64,000 bases of DNA from Lachnospiraceae bacterium (GTDB lineage Bacteria > Bacillota > Clostridia > Lachnospirales > Lachnospiraceae), in NCBI GenBank assembly GCA_029226225.1, contig JAQXXU010000107.1, positions 6,532-70,531 of the forward strand. Direction: 5' to 3'. The notes below the pieces were generated by a model. That model was given only the letters and a program-made list of their open reading frames with translations. It searched no databases and was not told the DNA's origin. Both the position numbers and the translations under genes were made by a program. Shown in pieces: positions 38,947-48,569 of the stretch; positions within the stretch are counted from its first letter, which is position 1; each line of letters opens with the position of its first letter.

Positions 38947-40922
38947 TCTGCTGAAAATGATACAGCGTTAGAACCCAGTTCCTCGTCCATGCTCCTGTCT
39001 GAATAGTACTCGAGGGTTCCTGTAGCTGTCGTGATGCCGCTGGCTGATACATCTGTAGAGCCTGTGATAGTCCATGATTTGATCCGCTTTCCGTTAGCGT
39101 CAAGCAGCACTACATAGTTCTGGCTATATTCGTCAGTGTCCTTTGGCTCTATCACATCTGAATAGCTGTAGGTAGCCTGACCTGTAGAGATCACCAGAGA
39201 TACCTTTGTACCCTTCTTTACAGATGTACCTGCTGCAGGATCAGAAGTGATAACACAGCCCTTCTTCACTGAGTCTGAAGCCTCTTCAGAGATGCTTCCA
39301 GCTGCAAGTCCGGCGTTCTTCAGGGTGCTCTCCGCCGCTGACTGACTCTTTCCTGCAAGCGGAGGAACCTCTATCGATTCAGTTCCCTGGCTTATAGTGA
39401 TGATCACTGTGTCGCCCTCTTTACCTTTGGTTCCGGCTTCAGGCGTCTGGCTCATAACCTTGCCCTTATCGACTGTATCGCTGTAATCCTTTCTCGACTC
39501 GACTTCAAAGCCTGCATCCTCAAGTGTCTGCGTAGCCTCGTCCTCACTGTCTCCTATGACAGACGGGATGTCGATATCGCCCTTTCCAGAGGAGATATAT
39601 ACATTGATCGTAGTGCCCGGCTCTACTTTGGAGCCTGCTACAGGATCAGTCCTTGTGATAGCTCCTTTATCGACTGTATCAGAACTCTCTTCACCCGCCT
39701 TCGCGAATTCAAGACCTTTTTCCTTCAGCGCTGCCTTGGCCTGTGCCACGGTGTATTCCTCGAGGTCTGGTACTTCTACAGTAGTTTTCTCGGAGTTCGT
39801 GTCATTCTTTTTGCTTCCGCCGAAGTGGAAGATATCGAATACAGATCCGACAAAGAATATGATGATAGCTACTATGACTACAGCTGCAGCGATTCCCATG
39901 ATCGTGATGGCTTTATCCATCCTGCTGTTTACAGGTGCGTCATTGTCATTCTCAGCGTCTCTGTCTGTCTCCGGAACCGGATCATCATCGTCTTCTTTGA
40001 AAAATGACCGTTTCCTTATCTCGTCCTGCTCGTCCTTTGTGATGACACGAGTCTTGTCCATATCAGAGGCGTTATTCTGCGGGATAACGACAAAATCCTC
40101 ATCAGGGTTTACCATCGCCTTTTTCAGATCCACGAGCAGTTCGCCTGCTGAAGCGTAACGTCTCTCCGGACTCTTCATCGTACATTTCTCGATAATGCGG
40201 CTCACAGCTATAGGGAGTCCTGGAACCAGCTCCTCCGGAGGAGTCATCTGTGACTGGATATGCTGGATGGCTATGGCTACAGGAGTGTCTCCGTCAAACG
40301 GCACTTTGCCTGTGACCATCTCATACATGACTATACCAAGAGAGTATATATCAGAAGCATAGGACACAAAGCCGTTTCTCGCCTGCTCCGGCGATACATA
40401 GTGCACCGAGCCCATAGAGCCTGCGTGAATAGTGTTTGAGTTTGCCGCTCTGGCTATGCCGAAGTCAGTTACTTTTACCTTACCTTCTTTTGAGATGATG
40501 ATATTCTGTGGCTTTATATCCTGATGGACTATGCCCTTGCTATGGGCAGCCTCTATGCCGCGTGCCACCTGGATGGCAATAGAAAGAGCCTCGTTATATC
40601 CGAGTCTGCCCTTTGTGGCTATATACTTCTTCAGCGTTATGCCCTCTACGTATTCCATAACGATATAGTAGAGGCCGTCCTCACTGCCTACGTCGTAGAT
40701 ATTCACGATGTTCGGGTGCTCAAGAACTGCCGCGGACTGCGCTTCCGCCCGGAATTTCGTCACGAATGACGAATCCTGTGAAAACTCAGACTTCAGTACT
40801 TTTATAGCCACGTCCCGGCCGAGTGAATGGTCCTTTGCTCTGTAGACATCGCTCATACCACCAGAACCGATTTTTTCTATTATCTCATATCTGTTTCCCA
40901 GAAAAGTTCCATTACTTAGCAT
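38943..40922 (-). CDS. pknB: PASTA-domain Ser/Thr kinase (PknB/PrkC)
   Basis: GSGGMS, AIK, HQDIKPQN, DFG, SPE; TM helix; three PASTA repeats. Confidence 0.95.
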   Translation of the reverse strand: MLSNGTFLGNRYEIIEKIGSGGMSDVYRAKDHSLGRDVAIKVLKSEFSQDSSFVTKFRAEAQSAAVLEHPNIVNIYDVGSEDGLYYIVMEYVEGITLKKYIATKGRLGYNEALSIAIQVARGIEAAHSKGIVHQDIKPQNIIISKEGKVKVTDFGIARAANSNTIHAGSMGSVHYVSPEQARNGFVSYASDIYSLGIVMYEMVTGKVPFDGDTPVAIAIQHIQSQMTPPEELVPGLPIAVSRIIEKCTMKSPERRYASAGELLVDLKKAMVNPDEDFVVIPQNNASDMDKTRVITKDEQDEIRKRSFFKEDDDDPVPETDRDAENDNDAPVNSRMDKAITIMGIAAAVVIVAIIIFFVGSVFDIFHFGGSKKNDTNSEKTTVEVPDLEEYTVAQAKAALKEKGLEFAKAGEESSDTVDKGAITRTDPVAGSKVEPGTTINVYISSGKGDIDIPSVIGDSEDEATQTLEDAGFEVESRKDYSDTVDKGKVMSQTPEAGTKGKEGDTVIITISQGTESIEVPPLAGKSQSAAESTLKNAGLAAGSISEEASDSVKKGCVITSDPAAGTSVKKGTKVSLVISTGQATYSYSDVIEPKDTDEYSQNYVVLLDANGKRIKSWTITGSTDVSASGITTATGTLEYYSDRSMDEELGSNAVSFSAE

Positions 40923-41676
40923 CAGTTTCCTCGTCTTTCTTCGGATCGATCACGATGATCGTGATGTTGTCTTTTCCGCCTGCCTCCAGGGCTTTATCTA
41001 AAAGTGTCTCGGCCTGCTGCTTCGGAGACGCATCCTCCGACAGCACAGCGCTTATATCAGCATCTGGGACCATATTTGTCAGACCGTCTGTACACATGAG
41101 TACCCTGTCCACATCGCCTACCGGCACATCGAAGAAATCCACGTGAACCATGGACTCAGCGCCCACTGCCCTGGTGATACGACTTCTGTACTTATGGTGT
41201 TTTGCCGCTTCCTCTGTGATCTCCCCGTTTCTGACCATCTCCTGTACATACGAATGGTCTAAGGTGATCTGGTAAAGATTCTCCCCTCGCTGCACATAAA
41301 GCCTGCTGTCTCCGACATTTGACACATGCAGATGTCCATCCAAAAAAGTGGCGCAGACCATAGTCGTTCCCATTCCCGCCTTTGTAGCATCAGTCCTGGC
41401 AGTCTCAAACAGCTGCCAGTTGGCCTCTGATATGGCGTCGCGGATCATCGCTACGACTCCGTCAGTACGAAGGAATTCCTCATCTCCGTTCCTGAGGAGT
41501 TCTACGACTTTCTTCACAGCGTACTCCGACGCGTAGTCGCCAGCCTTCTCGCCGCCCATTCCATCTGCTATGATAAAAAGATTTCCGAGAGAACCCACAC
41601 TCTTATCTGAAGCAAACGCGAAGTCCTCATTCGTCGTCCTTACTTTTCCTTTGTCCGTAAGACAGTAAAAAATCAT
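40912..41676 (-). CDS. stp: PP2C-family phosphatase (Stp1/PrpC)
   Basis: ADGMGG, VGDSR, CTDGL, GGKDN. Confidence 0.93.
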   Translation of the reverse strand: MIFYCLTDKGKVRTTNEDFAFASDKSVGSLGNLFIIADGMGGEKAGDYASEYAVKKVVELLRNGDEEFLRTDGVVAMIRDAISEANWQLFETARTDATKAGMGTTMVCATFLDGHLHVSNVGDSRLYVQRGENLYQITLDHSYVQEMVRNGEITEEAAKHHKYRSRITRAVGAESMVHVDFFDVPVGDVDRVLMCTDGLTNMVPDADISAVLSEDASPKQQAETLLDKALEAGGKDNITIIVIDPKKDEETDAK

Positions 41677-41684
41677 AAATAGTG

Positions 41685-42752
41685 TTACCTTTCCAGATGT
41701 CTTCTGCGGAGCTGTCCGCAGGCGCCATCTATGTCCTGTCCCATTTCCCTTCTAATAGTAGCATTTATTCCGAATTTTTCAAGCTTTCTCTGAAAATCCA
41801 TGGCAGCCGCTCTCGTCGGAGCAGTAAAAGTGCGCTCTTTTACCGGATTTACCGGTATCAGATTGATATGTGCTCCACGCCATAAAAGCTCCGAAAGCTC
41901 CCTTGCATCTTCATCTGTATCGTTTACTCCCTTTATCAGTGAATACTCGAAGGTCACACGTCTTCCGGTCTTCTCCTGATAGTACTTCATGGCTCCTACC
42001 GCGTCAGAGATGTCGTATTTATTCGCTACCGGCATCAGTTTCCGGCGCTTTTCCTGGGTCGGGGCGTGGAGCGAAAGAGCTAGAGTGATCTCTAAGTTCT
42101 TCTCAGCCAGCTCCTTTATCCTCGGAACTATGCCGCAGGTCGAGACTGTCAGGTTTCTCTGCGAGATGTGAAGTCCATTTTCGTCGGTCAGCATCCTGAT
42201 AAAGATCAGCAGATTATCATAGTTATCGAGCGGCTCGCCGGTTCCCATGACTACTACATGGCTGATCCGGTTACGCAGGTATTCCTCTGAGTCAGGCTTT
42301 GGGATCCCATCTGTGAATACATCTCTCTGAATGGCCTCTATCTGTCCTAGCATCTCACCCGGCGTAAGCCCCCGGAGCAGCCCGTCCATTCCAGACGCGC
42401 AGAAAGCGCACCCCATCCGGCAGCCAACCTGAGAAGAAATGCAGACCGACCAGCCGAATCTATACTTCATCAGGACTGACTCGACCAGGCTGTCGTCTGG
42501 CAGCCTGAACAGATACTTTCTAGTTCCGTCTTCCTTCGATATCTGGATATCGACAGGCTCTGGAACGGTGATATAAGCTTCTTTCAACAGCTTTTCACGA
42601 AGCGCCTTCGACAGGTCTGTCATCTGTGAAAAATCAGTCGCGAGGCTCTGGTGCAGCCATTTATATATCTGCTTCGCGCGAAACGGCTTTTCTCCTAAGT
42701 CTTCTAAGTATTTTTTCAGTTCGTTTAAGTCTTTGCTTGATATATCTTCCAT
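41685..42752 (-). CDS. rlmN: 23S rRNA m2A2503 methyltransferase
   Basis: CISSQVGCRMGCAFC, MGTGEP, SLHAP, GACGQL. Confidence 0.96.
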   Translation of the reverse strand: MEDISSKDLNELKKYLEDLGEKPFRAKQIYKWLHQSLATDFSQMTDLSKALREKLLKEAYITVPEPVDIQISKEDGTRKYLFRLPDDSLVESVLMKYRFGWSVCISSQVGCRMGCAFCASGMDGLLRGLTPGEMLGQIEAIQRDVFTDGIPKPDSEEYLRNRISHVVVMGTGEPLDNYDNLLIFIRMLTDENGLHISQRNLTVSTCGIVPRIKELAEKNLEITLALSLHAPTQEKRRKLMPVANKYDISDAVGAMKYYQEKTGRRVTFEYSLIKGVNDTDEDARELSELLWRGAHINLIPVNPVKERTFTAPTRAAAMDFQRKLEKFGINATIRREMGQDIDGACGQLRRRHLER

Positions 42753-42801
42753 AATTTATTTATCTGTATGAAAAAAGGGATGGACCCTTTTCATCGTAAA
42801 A

Positions 42802-44139
42802 TCAGGGTCTGTCTCCATTTTCGTGTTTTTGCAGGATACTGTAAAAAAATCCGTCGTGGCGGTCATCCGGGATTATCGTCTGCTGCTTTGCAAGAGAAAA
42901 GTCTGAGTGTCTGCTCAGGAAACCAGTGACCTGGTCTTCGTTTTCTAAAGGGTCGAGAGTACAGGTAGAATAGATAAGTGTACCGCCAGGCTTCACATAA
43001 CGCGCAGCGTTTTCCAGTATCTGCTTCTGTATTCCTGCGAGTTCCGTAAAGTCCTCTGATTTAAGACGCAGACGGATCTCCGGCTTTCTGCCGCTTACTC
43101 CGAGGCCTGAGCATGGACAATCTGCGATCACGGCATCGAAAGCAGACTCCCATTTATCATTATAGATGCAGGCATCATTTTCGGCGACAGTTATCTGATC
43201 TCCCAGCTGAAGCCTATGTACATTCTCTTTGATACGTGCCGTTTTTGCCTCTGAGACATCGCATGAGGTCACCTCAGCATCATAAAGCCAGGCTGCCATA
43301 ACTGATTTACCGCCCGGAGACGCGCACAGGTCAAGTGCCTTTACCCCCTTCTCAAGTCCTGCATTTATGAGTGGCTGCATAGAAGACATGTCCATGATGT
43401 AGAACTGTCCGTCTCTAAAGGACACTGACTCTGCCGGATTCGTCCCTACTGGAAAAGTCAGTCCATACACACCGTCTGTGATCTGCTCTCCCTTACACTC
43501 CAAGTCTATCTTCTCTGGCGGAACCTTTGATACAGCTGTGATCTGTCGTTTTGCCGTAAGCCCCTCGAGTACAGGTTCTCCAGAGTAATTCCTATATAAA
43601 AATTCTACAATCCAGTAAGGATATGAGTATCTGAGTGACCTGTCGAGAAGCGACTGATATGCTTTCTGCTTCTGGTCTGTCACTTGCCAGTGTCCGTTTA
43701 CATATTTAAGTCTGACTGAAGTATTATCTGACACTACCCTCGCCTGCGGTGAATTTTTTTCTCTTATGATATGCCTGATCAGTCCATTTGCAAAGCCTGC
43801 GTATTTCCCATGTCCTGAAGCCTTCAGGATATTCACGGATTCATTACATGCTGCAGAGTCGGGCACTTTTTCCAGGAAAAAAATCTGTGCCAGGGCAAGC
43901 CTTACCGCTGCGAGCACTTTTGTATCGAGTTTTTTGAGCCTGGTCTTACTGTAGGCTGCTATGATGGCATCTATCGTAGTCTGATGAGCCACCTCCGTCT
44001 CGACTAAAGCTGTGTAAAAAGCCCCGTCTCTGTGATCCCACTCCTGATGCTCGTCAAGTGTCCGCTTCACAAGGACAGACGGGTGCTCATCCGAAGCCGC
44101 AAGTGTCTCAAAAGCTGCTTTTCTGATAAGGTCCGCCAT
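42802..44139 (-). CDS. rsmB: 16S rRNA m5C967 methyltransferase (NusB-like N-domain)
   Basis: CASPGGKS, DCPCSG, YSTCT; located upstream of rlmN. Confidence 0.9.
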   Translation of the reverse strand: MADLIRKAAFETLAASDEHPSVLVKRTLDEHQEWDHRDGAFYTALVETEVAHQTTIDAIIAAYSKTRLKKLDTKVLAAVRLALAQIFFLEKVPDSAACNESVNILKASGHGKYAGFANGLIRHIIREKNSPQARVVSDNTSVRLKYVNGHWQVTDQKQKAYQSLLDRSLRYSYPYWIVEFLYRNYSGEPVLEGLTAKRQITAVSKVPPEKIDLECKGEQITDGVYGLTFPVGTNPAESVSFRDGQFYIMDMSSMQPLINAGLEKGVKALDLCASPGGKSVMAAWLYDAEVTSCDVSEAKTARIKENVHRLQLGDQITVAENDACIYNDKWESAFDAVIADCPCSGLGVSGRKPEIRLRLKSEDFTELAGIQKQILENAARYVKPGGTLIYSTCTLDPLENEDQVTGFLSRHSDFSLAKQQTIIPDDRHDGFFYSILQKHENGDRP

Positions 44140-44142
44140 GCT

Positions 44143-45273
44143 TCAGTAGTCCTCCGTGAAAAAATGCTTTACGCCGTCTTTCTTCCAGGCGATTATCGTA
44201 GAGAGGTTCACATTCTCGACGCTCTTAAAGATGTTCTTCTCGACATTTGGATTTACTTTTTTAAGCTCGCGGATCAGCTGCTTTATCTCCATCCGCTTGG
44301 AGTTCGTGTGTCCCTCCGGGTCTATCGACGAGCAGGTGTCAGTAAAGTGGCAGGCACACTGGATAAAGTGCAATCCATTCGTGTCACGCCACCTCTTGAT
44401 GTCGTCCTCCCTGATCAGGTAGAGCGGTCTGATAAGCTCCATCCCCTCGAAGTTCGTCGACCTGAGCTTCGGCATCATCGTCTGAACCTGCGCCCCGTAG
44501 AGCATTCCCATAAGTATCGTCTCTATGATATCATCGTAGTGGTGTCCCAGAGCGATTTTATTACAGCCGAGTTCCTTTGCCTTCGAGTAAAGCCAGCCGC
44601 GGCGCATTCTCGCGCACAGATAGCATGGGTTCTTCGGGACTGTATCCACTATGTCAAAAATATCCGAATCGAACATCGTAAGCGGCACGTCGAGAAGCCT
44701 TGCGTTTTCCTGTATGACAGCAAGGTTTGTGTCATTATAGCCCGGATTCATGCACATGAAAGTCAGATCAAAGTCGAACTTGTGGTGTCTCTTTATCTCC
44801 TGGAAAAGCTTCGCCATCAGAAACGAATCCTTTCCACCAGATACGCAGACTGCCACATGATCTCCCGGCTGGAGCAGTTCGTAAGTATTCAGAGCCTTTG
44901 CGAAAGGCGAAAAAAGCCTCTTATGAAAAGTCTTTCTTATGCTCTCCTCCGCCTGCTTTTTCTTCGACTCACAGTGCTTTATGTCGAAAACGACCCACTT
45001 CGAGTAGCCGCCTGCCAGGGAATAAGCCTCGACTCCCTGTGCCCAAAGCTTCTTTACAGGATCTATGGACTGCTCTCCTGTCATGCAGTAGACGATGACA
45101 GGAACTCCCTGTCTTTTCCATTCACTCACATGGTCGTCGAACTCAGTCGCCGGAATGCAGACTGCTCCGGGTATAGTCCCGTAGTCGGTCGCACTTTTAT
45201 TTCTCATATCAACTAAAATATAAGAGGAGAGCCGTTTCTCGGACATCTCCTCCGGTGTTATTTCTATATTCAT
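44143..45273 (-). CDS. ttcA: Rhodanese domain fused to a TtcA-family tRNA 2-thiocytidine synthase
   Basis: N-terminal rhodanese (VDMR, IPGA, YCMTG, LAGG); PP-loop SGGKDS, CYLC, GHHYDD, LIRP, CAC. Confidence 0.82.
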   Translation of the reverse strand: MNIEITPEEMSEKRLSSYILVDMRNKSATDYGTIPGAVCIPATEFDDHVSEWKRQGVPVIVYCMTGEQSIDPVKKLWAQGVEAYSLAGGYSKWVVFDIKHCESKKKQAEESIRKTFHKRLFSPFAKALNTYELLQPGDHVAVCVSGGKDSFLMAKLFQEIKRHHKFDFDLTFMCMNPGYNDTNLAVIQENARLLDVPLTMFDSDIFDIVDTVPKNPCYLCARMRRGWLYSKAKELGCNKIALGHHYDDIIETILMGMLYGAQVQTMMPKLRSTNFEGMELIRPLYLIREDDIKRWRDTNGLHFIQCACHFTDTCSSIDPEGHTNSKRMEIKQLIRELKKVNPNVEKNIFKSVENVNLSTIIAWKKDGVKHFFTEDY

Positions 45274-45281
45274 AAAAAATC

Positions 45282-46136
45282 TCAGGCGTCTTTAAGCTTT
45301 TCTCTAAGAGCTCTTCCTGTGCGGAAAAGCTCACGCTTTTTAAGCTTCTTCTCGAGGTCTTCTTTTTCTCTGGCCACATGGTCAAATCCGATCAGGTCCA
45401 TAGCGACCTTCGACGCGATCATAAGGCCTGCTGCAGGTGGTACGAATGGTGATGAAGCCGGAATCGCACGGCGGTCATTACATGACCTCGGCGAATTCGG
45501 CGGACATACACAGTGCTCACGGCAACTGATCTCAGGGTCCTCGATAGGCGAAAGCGCCGTCTCTGTAGAGTAGAGAACCGTGCATTTTTTCACGCCGCGC
45601 TTCTTAAGCTCCCGGCGCATGACCTTCGAGAGAGGATCCTTTACCGTCTTGTAGATGTCTGTAATCTCAAGCTTCGACGGGTCTACACGGTTTCCGCAGC
45701 CCATGCATGAGATGACAGGAACTCCGGCCTTCTGAGCCTCTTCTATGATCAGAAGCTTCGCGGTTACTGTATCCACAGCATCCACGACATAGTCATACTT
45801 CGTGAAATCAAACTGATCCTTCGTATCAGGCAGGAAAAATGTCTGATGTGTCTCCACTTCAGCGTGCGGATTTATAAGTAAAATCCGTTCTTTGCCCGCC
45901 TCGACCTTAGGGTGTCCGACAGTCTTTATAGTAGCGTGGATCTGACGGTTTATGTTCGTAAGGCACACCACATCATCATCTATCAGGTCAAAATGTCCTA
46001 CCCCTGCCCTCGCAAGTGCTTCTACGACATAGCCGCCCACGCCGCCTATCCCGAAGATAGCGACGCGAGCGGTCTTTAGTTTATCCATAGCTTCTGCACC
46101 GAGAAGCAACTGTGTTCTTGAAAACTGGTTCTGCAT
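45282..46136 (-). CDS. tcdA: tRNA threonylcarbamoyladenosine dehydratase (ThiF family)
   Basis: GIGGVG, TNINRQ, DAVDT, DPLSKVMRRELKKRG. Confidence 0.88.
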   Translation of the reverse strand: MQNQFSRTQLLLGAEAMDKLKTARVAIFGIGGVGGYVVEALARAGVGHFDLIDDDVVCLTNINRQIHATIKTVGHPKVEAGKERILLINPHAEVETHQTFFLPDTKDQFDFTKYDYVVDAVDTVTAKLLIIEEAQKAGVPVISCMGCGNRVDPSKLEITDIYKTVKDPLSKVMRRELKKRGVKKCTVLYSTETALSPIEDPEISCREHCVCPPNSPRSCNDRRAIPASSPFVPPAAGLMIASKVAMDLIGFDHVAREKEDLEKKLKKRELFRTGRALREKLKDA

Positions 46137-47122
46137 TATGCTAAAGCTGCTGTGATGATTGCCATAGAATAAACCTCAAGGGCGTTGCAACCACGTGAGA
46201 GGTCATTTATAGATGCATTAAGTCCTAAGAGTACAGGGCCATAAGCATCGAAGTTACCTAATCTCTGGGCAATCTTGTAGCCGATATTTCCAGCGTTGAT
46301 GTCAGGGAAGATGAAGGTGTTAGCGTGTCCGGCAACAGGATCTCCAGGGCACTTCGTCTTTGCTACTCTAGGTGCAACGGCTGCGTCGAACTGAAGCTCT
46401 CCTGAGATTGGAAGGTCAGGATACTTAGCCTTTGCCTTTGCTGCTGCGTTGTGCATCTTGTCGACGTCCTCGCCCTTTCCTGACCCAAGCGTCGAATAGG
46501 AAAGGAATGCAACCTTCGGATCTACTCCGAAAATCTTCGCGCAGTTTGCTGCTTCACCGGCGATCTCTACAAGCTCATCCTCTGTCGGCTTGATGTTGAT
46601 AGCGCAGTCAGCGAAAGCGAGCACTTCGCTCTCGCCTGTAGCTGCAGGACGTACAAGGATGAAGACTGAGCTTACGATTGAGTTACCCGGCTTTGTCTTT
46701 ATCAGCTGAAGAGCCGGTCTTACAGTATCTGCTGTAGAGTAGGTAGCGCCACCAAGAAGGCAGTCAGCTTCGCCCATCTTTACGAGCATGGTGCCGAAGT
46801 AGTTAGCTCCCTCAAGTGTCTTCTTTGCCTGTTCTGGTGTAACGCCCTTCTTCTTACGAAGCTCGCAGAAGAGGTCTACCATCTCGTCGAATCTGTCGTA
46901 GTTCTTCGGGTCGATGATCTTTGCGCCGCGGATATTATATCCGGCCTTCTCTGCTGCTTCCTCGATCTCATCAGGATTTCCGAGAAGGATAGGGTGAAGG
47001 AAGTTCGAAGCGAGAAGTCTTGATGATGCCTCAAGAATTCTCGGATCAGATCCCTCTGTAAATACGATAGTCTTAGGATCCTTCTTAAGCTTTTCGATCA
47101 TGCTGCCAAAACCGAATTCCAT
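46136..47122 (-). CDS. pta: Phosphate acetyltransferase
   Basis: EGSDPR, FADCA, LSYST, GELQFDAA, GNIGYK, DLSRG. Confidence 0.96.
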   Translation of the reverse strand: MEFGFGSMIEKLKKDPKTIVFTEGSDPRILEASSRLLASNFLHPILLGNPDEIEEAAEKAGYNIRGAKIIDPKNYDRFDEMVDLFCELRKKKGVTPEQAKKTLEGANYFGTMLVKMGEADCLLGGATYSTADTVRPALQLIKTKPGNSIVSSVFILVRPAATGESEVLAFADCAINIKPTEDELVEIAGEAANCAKIFGVDPKVAFLSYSTLGSGKGEDVDKMHNAAAKAKAKYPDLPISGELQFDAAVAPRVAKTKCPGDPVAGHANTFIFPDINAGNIGYKIAQRLGNFDAYGPVLLGLNASINDLSRGCNALEVYSMAIITAALA

Positions 47123-47235
47123 AGTGTTTATCTCCTTTTATTAAAATGCGCGTTATGTCTGCCTAACAATATATCAGACCATCTATTATAATAACACCCT
47201 CCGGTCATTTTTTAAAGTACTATGTTCGGTACAAA

Positions 47236-48558
47236 TCAATGCCTGTCGAACTTAAAGAGACCAAGGATTTTCTCTGAATTCGACTTCGTGAAAAATTCCG
47301 CGTTATTTAAGAAGATCACGTCCTTTATATGATCGTCCTTTATCATCTGCGTCAGATCGTCCTTATAGTAGCGGAAGTCGATGATGTAGGTCTTGTCGTA
47401 GTGATCGACGAGGAATGGCGCAAATGCATCGCCATAAGAATCCTTTATCAGGACACAGGCACTTCCATCGTTTTTGTCAGGGTTATCGATCTTTTCCCAT
47501 GGCTCATCACCGGCTATGAAGACTGAGTAGGTATTTCCCGGCTGGATGATCATGTACTTCATCTTCTTGCCCTGTTGGTTGATCATCGTCATCTCATTCG
47601 TTGCGATAGGCTTATATGCGTGGATAGTATCAGGATTTTTCTTGAGCTCCGGTGACTTTTTACTAAATGAATAGTAACTGCCCAGGAAATTCTTCGACAC
47701 CTGATCCTCGTATTCACTGAGTTCATGAGGCGTGAATCCCTTCATCTTGCAGTACTGCCTGTAAGCGTAGTAGGCTCCGCGGGCTGTCCAGTGGTGATCA
47801 GTCCTGAAGTAGATGTACTCTGAGTTATGATTTACCAGCTCATTAAAGGTCTGGACGACATTTACATTATCCGCAAACTTCTTATATAAGTAGTCAAAAG
47901 CGTCGCCTTCGTACTGCGCCAGCTTCTCCTGTGTTTTTTTCGGAAGCATGACGCCGAAGCTGTTCGGTGTCGGTATAGCGTATACGTTTGCAGAATTTCC
48001 GAGGCGTTCTGCCACTGTGTTTACCATCGATGCGTATGAATCGACAGAACCCTTGTTAAACTGGTATACCGAAAATCCGCTCCCACCGGCTATGTAGATA
48101 GAGCCGACCTTCTCCGGCTGATCCTTTATAGAGCCATCCTCGGCATTGGCATCCAGCTCGGTCTCTGAGGCATTTTTCTTCTCTGTGTCCTCAGATGGCG
48201 GTATTTTCATCGTCTTTGCTGCTGTCACGTGTTTAGTGGAAGGGATCTTATCTGCCTTTTTTGCTCCGTCAGTAGCTATCAGCTTGTCTCCGCCTAACCC
48301 GTAATGGTCCTGGATATCGGCATTTTTTGCTATCATGTCCTCGCGAAGCGGATAGGTATCGGCATACCAGGTCACAATTCCCTTGATGTAGCTTCCGTTC
48401 AGAAGTCCCTGCGCCGTAAGCTTTGGAAATACAGCAAGCTTTCTCTTCTCTGTCACCGACTCAGTCGGCCTGACCCCGAACACTCCTATGATAAAGAATG
48501 TCAGCGCTATCAGAAATATGATTATGATAAAAATTCCAGAAAAACTTCTTTTTTTCAT
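47236..48558 (-). CDS. DHHW-family (AlgJ/PatB-like) extracytoplasmic acyltransferase component
   Basis: EKRKLA, YFRTDHHWT, KDSYG, IDFRYY; partner of the upstream MBOAT gene. Confidence 0.85.
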   Translation of the reverse strand: MKKRSFSGIFIIIIFLIALTFFIIGVFGVRPTESVTEKRKLAVFPKLTAQGLLNGSYIKGIVTWYADTYPLREDMIAKNADIQDHYGLGGDKLIATDGAKKADKIPSTKHVTAAKTMKIPPSEDTEKKNASETELDANAEDGSIKDQPEKVGSIYIAGGSGFSVYQFNKGSVDSYASMVNTVAERLGNSANVYAIPTPNSFGVMLPKKTQEKLAQYEGDAFDYLYKKFADNVNVVQTFNELVNHNSEYIYFRTDHHWTARGAYYAYRQYCKMKGFTPHELSEYEDQVSKNFLGSYYSFSKKSPELKKNPDTIHAYKPIATNEMTMINQQGKKMKYMIIQPGNTYSVFIAGDEPWEKIDNPDKNDGSACVLIKDSYGDAFAPFLVDHYDKTYIIDFRYYKDDLTQMIKDDHIKDVIFLNNAEFFTKSNSEKILGLFKFDRH

Positions 48559-48569
48559 AAAAGCCTCGA

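Noticed and set aside
38943-41676. stp-pknB as part of the novel kinase system
   Set aside because: This is the standard Firmicute rsmB-rlmN-stp-pknB-rsgA-rpe-thiN cluster; the HQD in place of HRD was noted but not pursued
44032-45216. 394-aa plus-strand ORF
   Set aside because: Antisense shadow of rhodanese-ttcA; no recognisable motifs
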